64,000 nt of DNA from positions 8,089-72,088 of the forward strand of contig VGZI01000002.1 in assembly GCA_016872605.1 (NCBI GenBank), written 5' to 3'. A program made the translations under genes and the position numbers. The stretch comes from Planctomycetota bacterium. GTDB taxonomy: Bacteria; Planctomycetota; Planctomycetia; Gemmatales; Gemmataceae. Each line of letters begins with the position of its first letter. Within the stretch, counting starts at the first letter, position 1. Shown piece after piece: positions 10,383-18,598 of this stretch. Under the pieces are notes generated by a model. That model did not search any database. It worked only from the letters and a program-made list of their open reading frames with translations, and was not told the DNA's origin.

Positions 10383-10538
10383 CAGAGGTCAGAAGTCAGA
10401 GATCAGAAGTCAGAGGTCAGAAGGCCGAAAATGCCTGCGGGTGACACGAAATCTGTCATCTGCGCCTCGATCTGATCTCTAGCTTCTGACTCATGGTTCC
10501 TGATTCCCGACTCCTGACTCCTGATTCCTGACTCCTGC
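10383..10538. repeat. Inverted pair of 6x7-nt heptamer arrays, (CAGARRT)6 and (YTCCYGA)6
   Basis: 10383-10424 reads CAGAGGT CAGAAGT CAGAGAT CAGAAGT CAGAGGT CAGAAGG. 10497-10538 reads TTCCTGA TTCCCGA CTCCTGA CTCCTGA TTCCTGA CTCCTGC. Located in the divergent PP2C/PEGA intergenic region. Confidence 0.85.
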
Positions 10539-10540
10539 AC

Positions 10541-10569
10541 TTGACGCATTCTCCTTCCCTCGTTATATC
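10541..10569 (+). promoter_or_regulatory. Sigma70-like promoter candidate for the PEGA lipoprotein gene
   Basis: TTGACG, 17-nt spacer, TATATC, about 34 nt upstream of the ATG at 10603. Confidence 0.4.
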
Positions 10570-10602
10570 TCTTCTCCCTTGTTCCAAGAAGAGAAAATCA
10601 CG

Positions 10603-11109
10603 ATGGCCGCTCGCAAAATCACACCAACCTGGGCGCCGTGCCTCGTCTGGCTCGTATGCCTCGGCGCCGCCGTCTCGTCCACCGGCTGCGTCGAGCGCAA
10701 GATGATCATCAACACGGAGCCCTACCCAGGCGGGGTGTCGGCCATGGTGTACGACGAGAACAATCGCCCCATCGGCGCCACACCCGTCGTCAAGCCGTTC
10801 GAATACTATGGGACCTATCGTTTCCGCGTCGTCAAAGACGGCTACGAGCCGCTCGTGGTCGAACGCCAGGTCAAGGTGCCGTGGTATGAAACGCCCGGTT
10901 TGGACTTCATTGCCGAGAACCTGATCCCGTGGACGATTCGCGATGTGCGCTACTTCACGTTCGCGCTGCAGCCCTTGCAGGTTCGTTCGCCGGAGCAACT
11001 CTTGCTCGAAGGGCAGCTGCTGAGAGACTACGGGCGATCGATCGGCGCCCCGGCGCCGGACTTCGGTCCGTCCACCCCCGCCACGGTCCTGGGCCTGCCG
11101 ACTCGTTAG
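10603..11109 (+). CDS. PEGA-domain lipoprotein
   Basis: Lipobox LGAAVSSTGC. YRFRVVKDGYEPLVVERQV resembles a PEGA domain. The internal ATG at 10603 is preferred over the TTG at 10579. Confidence 0.65.
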   Translation: MAARKITPTWAPCLVWLVCLGAAVSSTGCVERKMIINTEPYPGGVSAMVYDENNRPIGATPVVKPFEYYGTYRFRVVKDGYEPLVVERQVKVPWYETPGLDFIAENLIPWTIRDVRYFTFALQPLQVRSPEQLLLEGQLLRDYGRSIGAPAPDFGPSTPATVLGLPTR

Positions 11110-11140
11110 CCGAACGCGCCAGCGACGACTGCATCGCCGA

Positions 11141-11530
11141 TTACTTCCGCACAAACGTCGCCTCTACATGTTGATGCGGGGCCGCGTCCGGCGCCACGCG
11201 AATCGTCGCCATCGTCGGATTGATCCAGAAGAAATAGAGCCGCGAGCTTGAGCCATCAGTCGATGTCGTGAACACGGTCTGATTTGTCACGAGATAGCGC
11301 CCGGTGTCATTCAGCCGTCGGCCCTGAGCGTCTTCGTAGACCATGCTGTATGTCCCGTCGGCATGGAAAGTCATCGTCATCCGGCTCAGGCCGGTGTGGT
11401 TGACCCAGGTTCCTTGAATCGATTGTTTAGACGTCTGGGCGCTTGCGCAACTCGGGATGGCCAACGGCACGATGATGGCGATGGCAAAGGCAATGGCTTC
11501 AAAGATCAATGATGCGGTGAAACGATTCAT
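11141..11530 (-). CDS. Small secreted protein of unknown function
   Basis: N-terminal signal/anchor followed by a beta-rich sequence. No motif recognised. Confidence 0.55.
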   Translation of the reverse strand: MNRFTASLIFEAIAFAIAIIVPLAIPSCASAQTSKQSIQGTWVNHTGLSRMTMTFHADGTYSMVYEDAQGRRLNDTGRYLVTNQTVFTTSTDGSSSRLYFFWINPTMATIRVAPDAAPHQHVEATFVRK

Positions 11531-11682
11531 GGCTGCTCTCCTCGGTTCGGGTTAGTTCTGTTCTCGCTTACCCCTACCGGCAGCCCCTGTTTTTTGTGAC
11601 AGGAAAATCTCCCAGTTCATCACTTCGGATAACATTCTGAATTCACTTTTTCTTCCAACGACACCCCCCTCCCGTTGAAAGC

Positions 11683-11725
11683 ATTGGAAGCATTGAAACC
11701 ATTGGAAGAAACTTGGAATTGGAAG
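11683..11725. repeat. Short tandem 9-mers (GCATTGGAA-like)
   Basis: GCATTGGAA GCATTGAAA CCATTGGAA, then ATTGGAAG again at 11718. Lies in a 310-nt lower-GC leader upstream of the 11530 gene. Confidence 0.6.
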
Positions 11726-11841
11726 ATGTCTTCTATTTCGTGGCGGGAATCTGCCATGATCGCGTAAGGGGAAATGCACCGGCGCTGGATTTGGTTGCCA
11801 CAACAAAACCGGCCGCTTACCCGGCACGGCTCGCCATCCAT

Positions 11842-12633
11842 CTACTTGTTGAAATTCGGCATCCGACCAGCCGAGACTTCCTTCTCCCACTCGTCCAGCA
11901 GCGGCCAGGCGATGGCGCAGGTGCCGAAATCCGCCATGTATTGGTATTGCGTCAACCGATCAATCGCCTTCTGAAGAATGCGATTGTCACGGCGGAACAC
12001 AGGGCCGTGGCTGGGCAGCAAGAACTCAGCGTCGTCCTTAATGATTCGACTGAGCGACTTGATGAAGTCGGGAAGATTTGATCCATGATGCGCGTCGATG
12101 ACGCCGACGCAGCTGTCCTTGTAGATGTTGTCGCCGCAGAACAGCAGGTTTCCCATCTTGAACGCGAGTTGCCCGGCGGTGTGGCCCGGCGTGTGCCAAA
12201 CCTTCAGTTTCAATTCTCCGACCCTGATCGTGTCGCCTTCGTTGAGCACCAGATCGACTTTGCACGGCGGCATCGGGATCGAGAATTCCTGAGCCTTGAT
12301 CGTCGCATAGGTCATGATCTCATCGCCGGTCTCGAGAGGCCCGACCGTCAATGGATGCGCGGCGACTTTGGTCTTGAGCAACTCCCGTGCTCGCGCGATG
12401 CCCTGAATATGATCGGCGTCGGCATGGGTGGCGATAAGCATCTTGCACGCCGACAGGTTAAAGTCCATCTTGCGAATGATGTCGATGATTTCGCCGACGG
12501 TGTCGAGATAGCCGACGTCAATGAGCAACCACTCGCTGCCGCCGTCGATGAGATAAACGTTGACGCCAAGACGCCGGCACGCCTGGTAGTTCATCTCGAT
12601 GACGTGAGGAAAGAGATACTTCCGCGGCAACAT
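11842..12633 (-). CDS. MBL-fold metallo-hydrolase
   Basis: Motif [11 protein letters not shown], and later HTPGHTAG. Confidence 0.85.
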   Translation of the reverse strand: MLPRKYLFPHVIEMNYQACRRLGVNVYLIDGGSEWLLIDVGYLDTVGEIIDIIRKMDFNLSACKMLIATHADADHIQGIARARELLKTKVAAHPLTVGPLETGDEIMTYATIKAQEFSIPMPPCKVDLVLNEGDTIRVGELKLKVWHTPGHTAGQLAFKMGNLLFCGDNIYKDSCVGVIDAHHGSNLPDFIKSLSRIIKDDAEFLLPSHGPVFRRDNRILQKAIDRLTQYQYMADFGTCAIAWPLLDEWEKEVSAGRMPNFNK

Positions 12634-12740
12634 GATGCGGACTCACTCCGGGGACGTGGACCTGCTCTCATATTACAGGAATCGCGCATGGCCGCAAGTT
12701 TGCCGGCGTTGCTCACTGCAATATGGGGCCCTATCCAAAA

Positions 12741-12813
12741 AAACGCAGAGGACGCAGAGAACGCGTAGAGCAAACGTGGAACTCCCTCCGCGTTCTCTGC
12801 GCCCTCTGCGTTT
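12741..12813. repeat. Hairpin element with a 25-bp stem (one mismatch) and 23-nt loop
   Basis: AAACGCAGAGGACGCAGAGAACGCG pairs with CGCGTTCTCTGCGCCCTCTGCGTTT. The arm contains a repeated 9-mer, ACGCAGAGR. Confidence 0.88.
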
Positions 12814-12826
12814 CAAATTTCAGCGG

Positions 12827-14032
12827 TCAATAGGCGTCCTTGAAAATCGCTTCGACCTCATCCACGCTGACGCTGCGGGGGTTAACGCGGAGGATTCGCT
12901 TGATGCCGACGGCTTTCTCGGCGAGCGCACGAAGCTGTTCGGGCCTGACGCCAATGTCGCGCAGGCGCTGCGGCACGCCGATGTCGTTGCGGAGTCTCTC
13001 GACGGCGGCAATGGCCCTGTCGGCCGCGGCGCGTTCGCTCAAGCCGGCCACATTCTCGCCCAGCAACGTCGCAATGTCGGCGAACGCCTTGACCTTCGCG
13101 GAAACGTTGAAGCGCATAACGTAGGGTAGGAGCAATCCGTTGCCCGCGCCGTGCGAGCAATGGACCGCGCCACCGACGGGGTACTCCATGGCATGCACGA
13201 GAGCGACGCCGACATTGGAAAACGCCAGGCCGGCCAAGATCGCGGCGAGCGCCATGCCTTCGCGTGCTTCGATGTCCTTGCCATCCTTGACCGCGCGGCG
13301 CAGGTATTTGCCGACGAGCGTGATCGCCTTCTCCGCGCACATGTCCCCCATGGGATGCTTGCCCTGATAGACGGTGCGTTCGCCTTCGGGGAGCGGGAAA
13401 TCGGCATTGTCGACGGCGGTGTACGCCTCGATCGCATGCGTCAACGCGTCGATGCCGCTGTCGGCCGTCACTTTGGGCGGGCACGACAAGGTCATCAGCG
13501 GATCGACGACGGCGGCAGCGGATCGCAAGTAATTGGAGAGAATGCCGACCTTGATGTGGTTCTCGGTATCGGTGACGACGGTGGCGGCGGAGACTTCCGA
13601 CCCGGTGCCGGCGGTCGTTGGAATCGAGATAAGCGGAAAAATCGGGCCTGGGATCTTGTCGTCGCCGACGTAATCCCGTGGCGTCCCGCCGTGCTTGAGC
13701 AGGACGGCGGCGAGCTTGGCGAGGTCCATGTTGCTGCCGCCGCCCAGCCCAACGAGAACGTCAGGTTGAAAGGTCTTGGCCATCTCATAACAAGCGATGC
13801 CGGCCTTCATCGACGGCTCCGGTTCACCCCCCGTGAACGCTGCGACGTTGAGCCCGGCGGCAACAAGCGGCTGGCGAACGCGCTCGAGCAATCCCGCCTT
13901 TTCCAGAATAGTGTCGGTGACGATCAGCGCCTTCTTCGCTTTCAGACGCGTGGCAATCTCACCGATGTGCCCGACAGCGTTTTGCCCAAAGACGATTTGG
14001 CTGGCGGAGTGAAAAGTCCAGACGGTGCGCAT
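12827..14032 (-). CDS. Iron-containing alcohol dehydrogenase
   Basis: Motifs GGGSNMDLAK and DSGIDALTHAIEAY. The start at Met-87 of the track ORF (MRTVWTFHS) avoids overlap with mogA. Confidence 0.88.
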   Translation of the reverse strand: MRTVWTFHSASQIVFGQNAVGHIGEIATRLKAKKALIVTDTILEKAGLLERVRQPLVAAGLNVAAFTGGEPEPSMKAGIACYEMAKTFQPDVLVGLGGGSNMDLAKLAAVLLKHGGTPRDYVGDDKIPGPIFPLISIPTTAGTGSEVSAATVVTDTENHIKVGILSNYLRSAAAVVDPLMTLSCPPKVTADSGIDALTHAIEAYTAVDNADFPLPEGERTVYQGKHPMGDMCAEKAITLVGKYLRRAVKDGKDIEAREGMALAAILAGLAFSNVGVALVHAMEYPVGGAVHCSHGAGNGLLLPYVMRFNVSAKVKAFADIATLLGENVAGLSERAAADRAIAAVERLRNDIGVPQRLRDIGVRPEQLRALAEKAVGIKRILRVNPRSVSVDEVEAIFKDAY

Positions 14033-14140
14033 GGCGGAAGTCCTGCTTAGAATGCGTTGATCTTGGTGCAGTTCGTTATAGTTTTTCTTCGTTAAGTTGT
14101 TGGGCCGCTTGCGGCGTAGAACTCTTTCGGAGCGATTCCC

Positions 14141-14668
14141 ATGACCGCACGCATCGGCATTCTCACCGTCTCCGATCGGGCTAGCCAAGGCGTTTACACC
14201 GACCTCGGCGGACCGGCGATTCGGCAATGCCTCGAAGAGATCATTGCGTCCCCTTGGGAAGCGGTCGCGCGGCTCATTCCCGATGAACAACCCGTCATCG
14301 AAAAAACGTTGATCGATTTGTGCGACGCCGAGAACTGTTGTCTCATCGTGACGACGGGGGGCACGGGACCGGCGCGGCGCGATGTCACGCCCGAAGCGAC
14401 CGAGGCCGTCTGCGACAAGATTCTCGATGGCTTCGGCGAATTGATGCGGGCCGTGTCGCTCAAAGTCGTGCCGACGGCGATTCTGTCACGCCAAATCGCC
14501 GGCGTGCGCGGCAAGTCGCTGATCGTCAATCTTCCCGGCAAGCCCAGCGCCATCCGCGATTGTCTGCTCGCAGTGTTCCCGGCGATACCGTATTGCATCG
14601 ATTTGATCGAAGGGCCGTTCCTGACGACGAACGAGAATGTCGTGAAGGCGTTTCGGCCGAAGAAATAG
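14141..14668 (+). CDS. mog: Molybdopterin adenylyltransferase MogA
   Basis: IGILTVSDRASQGVYTDLGGP and IVTTGGTGPARRDVTPEAT match the MogA/MoaB fold. Confidence 0.85.
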   Translation: MTARIGILTVSDRASQGVYTDLGGPAIRQCLEEIIASPWEAVARLIPDEQPVIEKTLIDLCDAENCCLIVTTGGTGPARRDVTPEATEAVCDKILDGFGELMRAVSLKVVPTAILSRQIAGVRGKSLIVNLPGKPSAIRDCLLAVFPAIPYCIDLIEGPFLTTNENVVKAFRPKK

Positions 14669-14693
14669 CGTTTGATACGAGAGCGCTGCGTTC

Positions 14694-14716
14694 CCCCTCT
14701 CCCTTCGGGAGAGGGG
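14694..14716. terminator. GC hairpin between convergent mog and rbp genes
   Basis: CCCCTCTCCC, TTC(G) loop, GGGAGAGGGG. No clear U-tract on either strand. Confidence 0.45.
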
Positions 14717-14757
14717 TGAAAATGCGCCGCGCTTGCCAGAAGCGAGCGGCTAAACGT

Positions 14758-15075
14758 CTAATAGCGTCGCCCGCGATCGGAGCCGCCGAAGCCGCCGCGG
14801 CGACCGCCGCCGCCACGTCCGCGCTCTTCGCGTTCGCGGGCCACGTTGACCGTCAGCTGGCGATCGTTGTGCGTGGCGCCATTGAGGGCTTCGATGGCCT
14901 TCTGGGCTTCCTCGTCATGCTCCATCTCGACGAAGCCGAAGCCGCGCGAGCGTCCAGTTTCGCGATCCGCGATGACCTCGGCTTTTAAGACGGAGCCGAA
15001 CTGGCTGAAGAGTTCTCGCAGATCATCGCTGGTGACGCCCCAGGCGAGGTTGCCGACGTAAATGTTCTTTGCCAT
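14758..15075 (-). CDS. RRM-type RNA-binding protein with an Arg/Gly-rich tail
   Basis: RNP2 IYVGNL, RNP1 RGFGFVEM, C-terminal RGRGGGGRRGGFGG. Confidence 0.9.
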   Translation of the reverse strand: MAKNIYVGNLAWGVTSDDLRELFSQFGSVLKAEVIADRETGRSRGFGFVEMEHDEEAQKAIEALNGATHNDRQLTVNVAREREERGRGGGGRRGGFGGSDRGRRY

Positions 15076-15358
15076 TCAATGAAATCCTTTCCGTGCCGAA
15101 GCCTGGCCCAACGTGAGAGCCGAAGGCCCTTACCGCGAGTTGGGAAGGAAAGCTGGTCGATGGATTCCCTCTACCGCAGGGCACACAACAGAACGAAAAG
15201 TGCCAATCGATCCGCCTCCAGCATGAGGCCAAAAGCGGATCCCCCAAAGTTGACGGCGTCGCCAGCCGACGGCAAAGTGCGAATTCTTGCGATCCAATGC
15301 CGCCGTGCGCGATTCCAGCTGCAACGTCCATCACCGATCACAGAGCGATTTTCGGGGA

Positions 15359-15387
15359 ATTATCCACGAGCGCGCACGGCAACGCAA
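15359..15387 (-). promoter_or_regulatory. Sigma70-like promoter candidate for the RRM gene, implying a ~275-nt leader
   Basis: On the minus strand: TTGCGT, 17-nt spacer, GATAAT, preceded by an A/T-rich tract (TTTTTTTTGAGC..). Confidence 0.4.
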
Positions 15388-15488
15388 AACAAATTCGCTG
15401 AAGAAGCTCAAAAAAAACCTTGTGGCCGGGAACGCCGCGGCGTAGTCTGAGCGCGTCGCGCTGGATTCAATCGCTACTTGCTCGATAC

Positions 15489-16205
15489 ATGATCAAGTTC
15501 ACTAACACATCGCTGACAACGCTAGCGGAGAACCTGGCCCTTGATGAAGCGCTTCTGCTTGACGCGGAAGCGGGAGGGCCGGAGGTGTTGCGCGTTTGGC
15601 ATTGGCCGACGTCGGCGGTCGTTCTCGGCGCCGGCGGCCGAATCGCCGATGATGTCGACGAGCCCGCTTGCGTTGCCGATGGTGTTCCGATCATTCGCCG
15701 TTCGAGCGGCGGCGGCACTGTACTGCTCGGCGCAGGCTGCATGCTCTATAGTCTCGTCCTGCGTTTCGACCGTCATCCGGCTCTGAGCGACCTGACCGCG
15801 TCGTATCGTTTCATACTCGGCCAAATCGCCCAGGCACTCGCGCCGTTGGTCTCGCCGGTTGCGATCGAGGGAACCAGCGATCTGACGCATGCGGGCCGCA
15901 AGTTTTCGGGCAATTCGCAACAGCGCAAGCGTACACACTTGTTGCATCACGGCACGATCTTGCTTGACTTCGACGTGAATGCGATTGCGCGCTACCTGAA
16001 AATGCCGCTGCGCCAGCCGGAGTATCGGCGGCATCGCTCGCACGCGGACTTTCTGACGAACGTGCCGATCTTGGCTAATGTCGTGCAGGAGGTGCTTCGG
16101 CGGGCGTGGGTTGCCGACGAGACGATGATTGACATGCCGATAGAGTTCATCAAGCGGCTTGTGGTCGAGAAGTACTCACGCCAGGAATGGACCGCGCGAA
16201 GGTGA
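15489..16205 (+). CDS. Biotin/lipoate A/B protein ligase family protein (LplA-like)
   Basis: LALDEALL, VLRVWHW and IIRRSSGGGTVL resemble the lipoate-protein ligase catalytic domain. The ATG at 15489 (MIKFTN) is preferred. Confidence 0.72.
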   Translation: MIKFTNTSLTTLAENLALDEALLLDAEAGGPEVLRVWHWPTSAVVLGAGGRIADDVDEPACVADGVPIIRRSSGGGTVLLGAGCMLYSLVLRFDRHPALSDLTASYRFILGQIAQALAPLVSPVAIEGTSDLTHAGRKFSGNSQQRKRTHLLHHGTILLDFDVNAIARYLKMPLRQPEYRRHRSHADFLTNVPILANVVQEVLRRAWVADETMIDMPIEFIKRLVVEKYSRQEWTARR

Positions 16206-16281
16206 TGGCGGAAGGCCACAGATAGGGCATCGGACTCGCGGGCGCTAACCGCAAACAGGACAATTGGTTACGACAATCGCT

Positions 16282-16310
16282 TTGACTTTTCTTCGGTCGC
16301 TGCGTAGGAT
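16282..16310 (+). promoter_or_regulatory. Sigma70-like promoter
   Basis: TTGACT (16282-16287), 17-nt spacer, TAGGAT (16305-16310), immediately upstream of the riboswitch-like element. Confidence 0.55.
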
Positions 16311-16319
16311 TGCAATCAG

Positions 16320-16450
16320 CAGCCTAATCTCGTTCCGCAGGGAACGAGTACGGGGGACCCAAACGGATCGCTTCGCGCGGTCCATGGGGCGCAGGTCGCA
16401 AGACCGGGGCACTTTCAAGCCCTAGCCCGTCAGCTAACCTCGTCGGCAAG
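16320..16450 (+). promoter_or_regulatory. c-di-AMP riboswitch candidate (ydaO/kimA class)
   Basis: CCUAAUC, then hairpin 16329-16348, then GUACGGGGGACCCA (16348-16361). GCAA-capped helix at 16394-16405. GCCCGUCAGCUAACCUCGUCGGC at 16425-16447. These blocks match the conserved ydaO motif as I remember it. Confidence 0.7.
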
Positions 16451-16543
16451 TCCGCGGTTGTACTGCGGGCGGGTTTGAAAGGGCCACCTTTCTTCATTGC
16501 AAGTGCCCCTGTTCTTTCGTCTCCGCGCGCTCGGAGGCAACCC

Positions 16544-16810
16544 ATGACCCACACCACGCGTGTGGCCGTGTTCGCCGTTTTGGCGGTCGCGTCGCTGTTT
16601 GCATCGCATTGGCACGCTACGGAAATCGTTCAGGACGAAACGTCTTTGGCTATGCGGCAATTCAGCAACGACGCAGCCCTTCCAGCCAGGATGCATGACG
16701 CATCGCAAACGCGGCAGTGGTGGCCGCTCGCTTGGCCCGCGCTGGCGCTCGTCGTCGGTGTGGCGATGTTCTGGGACGACTTCGAGCGCTGGTGGACGCG
16801 AGAGACGTAG
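16544..16810 (+). CDS. Small membrane protein (two predicted TM helices)
   Basis: GGAGG lies 7 nt upstream of the ATG at 16544. Hydrophobic segments VAVFAVLAVASLFA and WWPLAWPALALVVGVAMFW. Confidence 0.6.
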   Translation: MTHTTRVAVFAVLAVASLFASHWHATEIVQDETSLAMRQFSNDAALPARMHDASQTRQWWPLAWPALALVVGVAMFWDDFERWWTRET

Positions 16811-16811
16811 T

Positions 16812-16884
16812 CGCTTGCGGCTTCGCGCTCGCGCTGCGGCGCCGGGAATCTCGGCGTTTCAGCGCGAGCGCGAAGTCGCAAGCG
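16812..16884. repeat. Intercistronic hairpin with a 25-bp stem (one mismatch)
   Basis: CGCTTGCGGCTTCGCGCTCGCGCTG pairs with CAGCGCGAGCGCGAAGTCGCAAGCG. Lies between the small membrane protein gene and the SPFH gene. Confidence 0.88.
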
Positions 16885-16903
16885 GCATCGAAGGAGGTCC
16901 GTC

Positions 16904-18052
16904 ATGTCAACCAATGCGATTATCGCCATGGTTGTCGCCATCGTGTTGATTCCGGTGATCGCGTTTCTGGGCTTCGCGTTTATCAAGCCCTACGATGTGC
17001 CCGAGTTCATCGAAGTCGATTCGAGCGAGTCGGCGTTTCTGATTCCGCTCGAAGGCGACACGAGCAACCAGGCGGCGTTTCACTCCGTCAAGTTCCTGGA
17101 GGAAAAAAAGATTGCCACCAAACGCGTGCAGATCACGCACCGTTGGCAGCAGACGGGTTATCTGCCCAGCACTGGCAAATGGGTCGGCACCGTCCGCCTC
17201 GTCAAGGTCGATCGCCGTCCCATCACCCGCGAATGGACCAAGTCGCCCAAGACCGGCACCTCGCCCAAGGACGAAGCGGTCGCCGCCGAGTCAAAGGACA
17301 GCATCAATTTCACCATGGGGTTGAGCTGTACGGCGCACATTCCAGAGGAGTCGGCGTCGGTCTTCCTTTACAGCTATCCATCGCGAAGCCTGGCCGACAT
17401 GATGGACACTGAGGTGCGCGCTCGCATACATCAGGTCATCGCTGAGGAAGCAGGCAAGTATGTGGTCTTCGAACTACCGACGAAGAAGAACGACATCATG
17501 AAGACTGTGCGCGAGGATGTGGTGCCGTTATTCAAGAAGAAGGGCATCGAGATTACGACGCTGGCCATGGTCGGCGGATTGACGTTCGACAACGTCGACA
17601 TACAGCGGTCGATCGATGATGCGGCCCGGGCATCGCAGCTCAAGGTCGCGGCGGAGGCTAAACGCGCCGCTCAAGAGATCGAAAACAAGACGCTCCTGTT
17701 GGCGGCCGACGGCAAGGCAGCGGCGTCGAAACGCGAGGTTCAGGGTCGGATCGAGGTCGAACTCTTGCGCGTCGAAAGCGACGCCAAAATTCGCATTCGC
17801 GAAGCCGAGGGACAAGCCGAGGCGATTCGTAAGGTCGCCGACGCCAAAGCGTATGAAGCGCTGAAAGCGTCCGAGCAGCCGGAGACGTACCTTCGGTTGC
17901 GCATGATAGAGGCAGAGATGGCACGCTGGAAGCAGTGGGATGGCCGTTATCCGCAGTACGTGGTGCAGATGGGCAACGCGCCGTCGGTCTCGGCGGTGCA
18001 CATGCCGCCGTTGCCGCTGGAGGCAATCAAGGCTGCGCGAGTAGAAAAGTAA
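16904..18052 (+). CDS. SPFH/band-7 (stomatin/flotillin-like) domain protein
   Basis: AAGGAGG RBS, N-terminal TM helix, a band-7-like core, then an Ala/Glu/Lys-rich coiled coil (AAEAKRAAQEIE..). Confidence 0.82.
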   Translation: MSTNAIIAMVVAIVLIPVIAFLGFAFIKPYDVPEFIEVDSSESAFLIPLEGDTSNQAAFHSVKFLEEKKIATKRVQITHRWQQTGYLPSTGKWVGTVRLVKVDRRPITREWTKSPKTGTSPKDEAVAAESKDSINFTMGLSCTAHIPEESASVFLYSYPSRSLADMMDTEVRARIHQVIAEEAGKYVVFELPTKKNDIMKTVREDVVPLFKKKGIEITTLAMVGGLTFDNVDIQRSIDDAARASQLKVAAEAKRAAQEIENKTLLLAADGKAAASKREVQGRIEVELLRVESDAKIRIREAEGQAEAIRKVADAKAYEALKASEQPETYLRLRMIEAEMARWKQWDGRYPQYVVQMGNAPSVSAVHMPPLPLEAIKAARVEK

Positions 18053-18060
18053 CCAGCATT

Positions 18061-18203
18061 CGTTTAGGCGAGCGGCAGGCGTTGATGTACCGTAGGCATC
18101 AGGCTCCGCGAGGTGAATTCTCCACGCGGAGCGTGAGGTCTACGGTAGCTGAACTGCGGCCGTTCGCCTTAGCGTTCGCAGAGCGCCCGGCGAACGCTAA
18201 ACG
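18061..18203. repeat. Composite nested palindromic element (CGTTTAGG...GCTAAACG family)
   Basis: Nested pairings TACCGTAG/CTACGGTA, CTCCGCG/CGCGGAG and TTAGCGTTCGC/GCGAACGCTAA, between convergent genes. Confidence 0.6.
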
Positions 18204-18211
18204 AAGAAAGA

Positions 18212-18598
18212 TCATTTGCGTCGCGCCCATGCCTCGGCGGCATCGAGGGCCATGGCGATCGCGGCGGCTTCGGTCTGGGCCTCGGCCGTCACGGGTTGAC
18301 CCACCGCGGGATCGCTCGTCGGCAGGGTGATAGTCACGCGTACGATTTGGGCCGACACGTCTACCTTTTTGTAGCGCAAGACTCGGAGCCGTTCCATGCG
18401 CGACTGGACGACGCCCCAATCGACTGGGCTGGTCGGCGCCGCTGCCGGTTGGGACACGCTTAGCTGTGAAACACCCAGCGACTCCGGGCTCGGCAACACG
18501 AACTTTGAGATCGTCGCGTTATTCATGGGATTCGGCGTCCACATCGGCGCCGGCTGCGATTGTCGCACTGGATTCGATTGCGGATAGTGCTGCGGCAT
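18212..18598 (-). CDS. Hypothetical protein (Pro/Gln/Ser-rich N-terminus)
   Basis: 128-aa ORF. The same frame continues upstream to an ATG at 18763 across one TGA at 18662-18664. Confidence 0.45.
   Translation of the reverse strand: MPQHYPQSNPVRQSQPAPMWTPNPMNNATISKFVLPSPESLGVSQLSVSQPAAAPTSPVDWGVVQSRMERLRVLRYKKVDVSAQIVRVTITLPTSDPAVGQPVTAEAQTEAAAIAMALDAAEAWARRK

Noticed and set aside
10059-10475. ORFs reading through the heptamer arrays (peptides such as SEVRDQKSEVR; also 38371-38658)
   Set aside because: The translation is a by-product of the 7-nt repeats. These ORFs overlap the PP2C gene or lie in intergenic DNA and lack a start context.
14033-14290. N-terminal 86-codon extension of the alcohol dehydrogenase ORF
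   Set aside because: The extension overlaps mogA on the opposite strand and has no ADH homology. Met-87 (MRTVWTFHS) matches typical Fe-ADH N-termini. Track ORF extensions at 44061-44381, 26552-26728, 24230-24388, 25708-25797 and 30190-30273 were trimmed for similar reasons.
16320-16510. Structured RNA considered as tmRNA, RNase P RNA, SRP RNA or 6S RNA
   Set aside because: It lacks the GGAAAGUCC (RNase P) and GGUCCGGAAGGAAGCAGC (SRP) signatures and a tRNA-like 3' end (tmRNA). The conserved blocks fit the ydaO riboswitch much better, and the element sits directly upstream of an ORF with an occluded Shine-Dalgarno.
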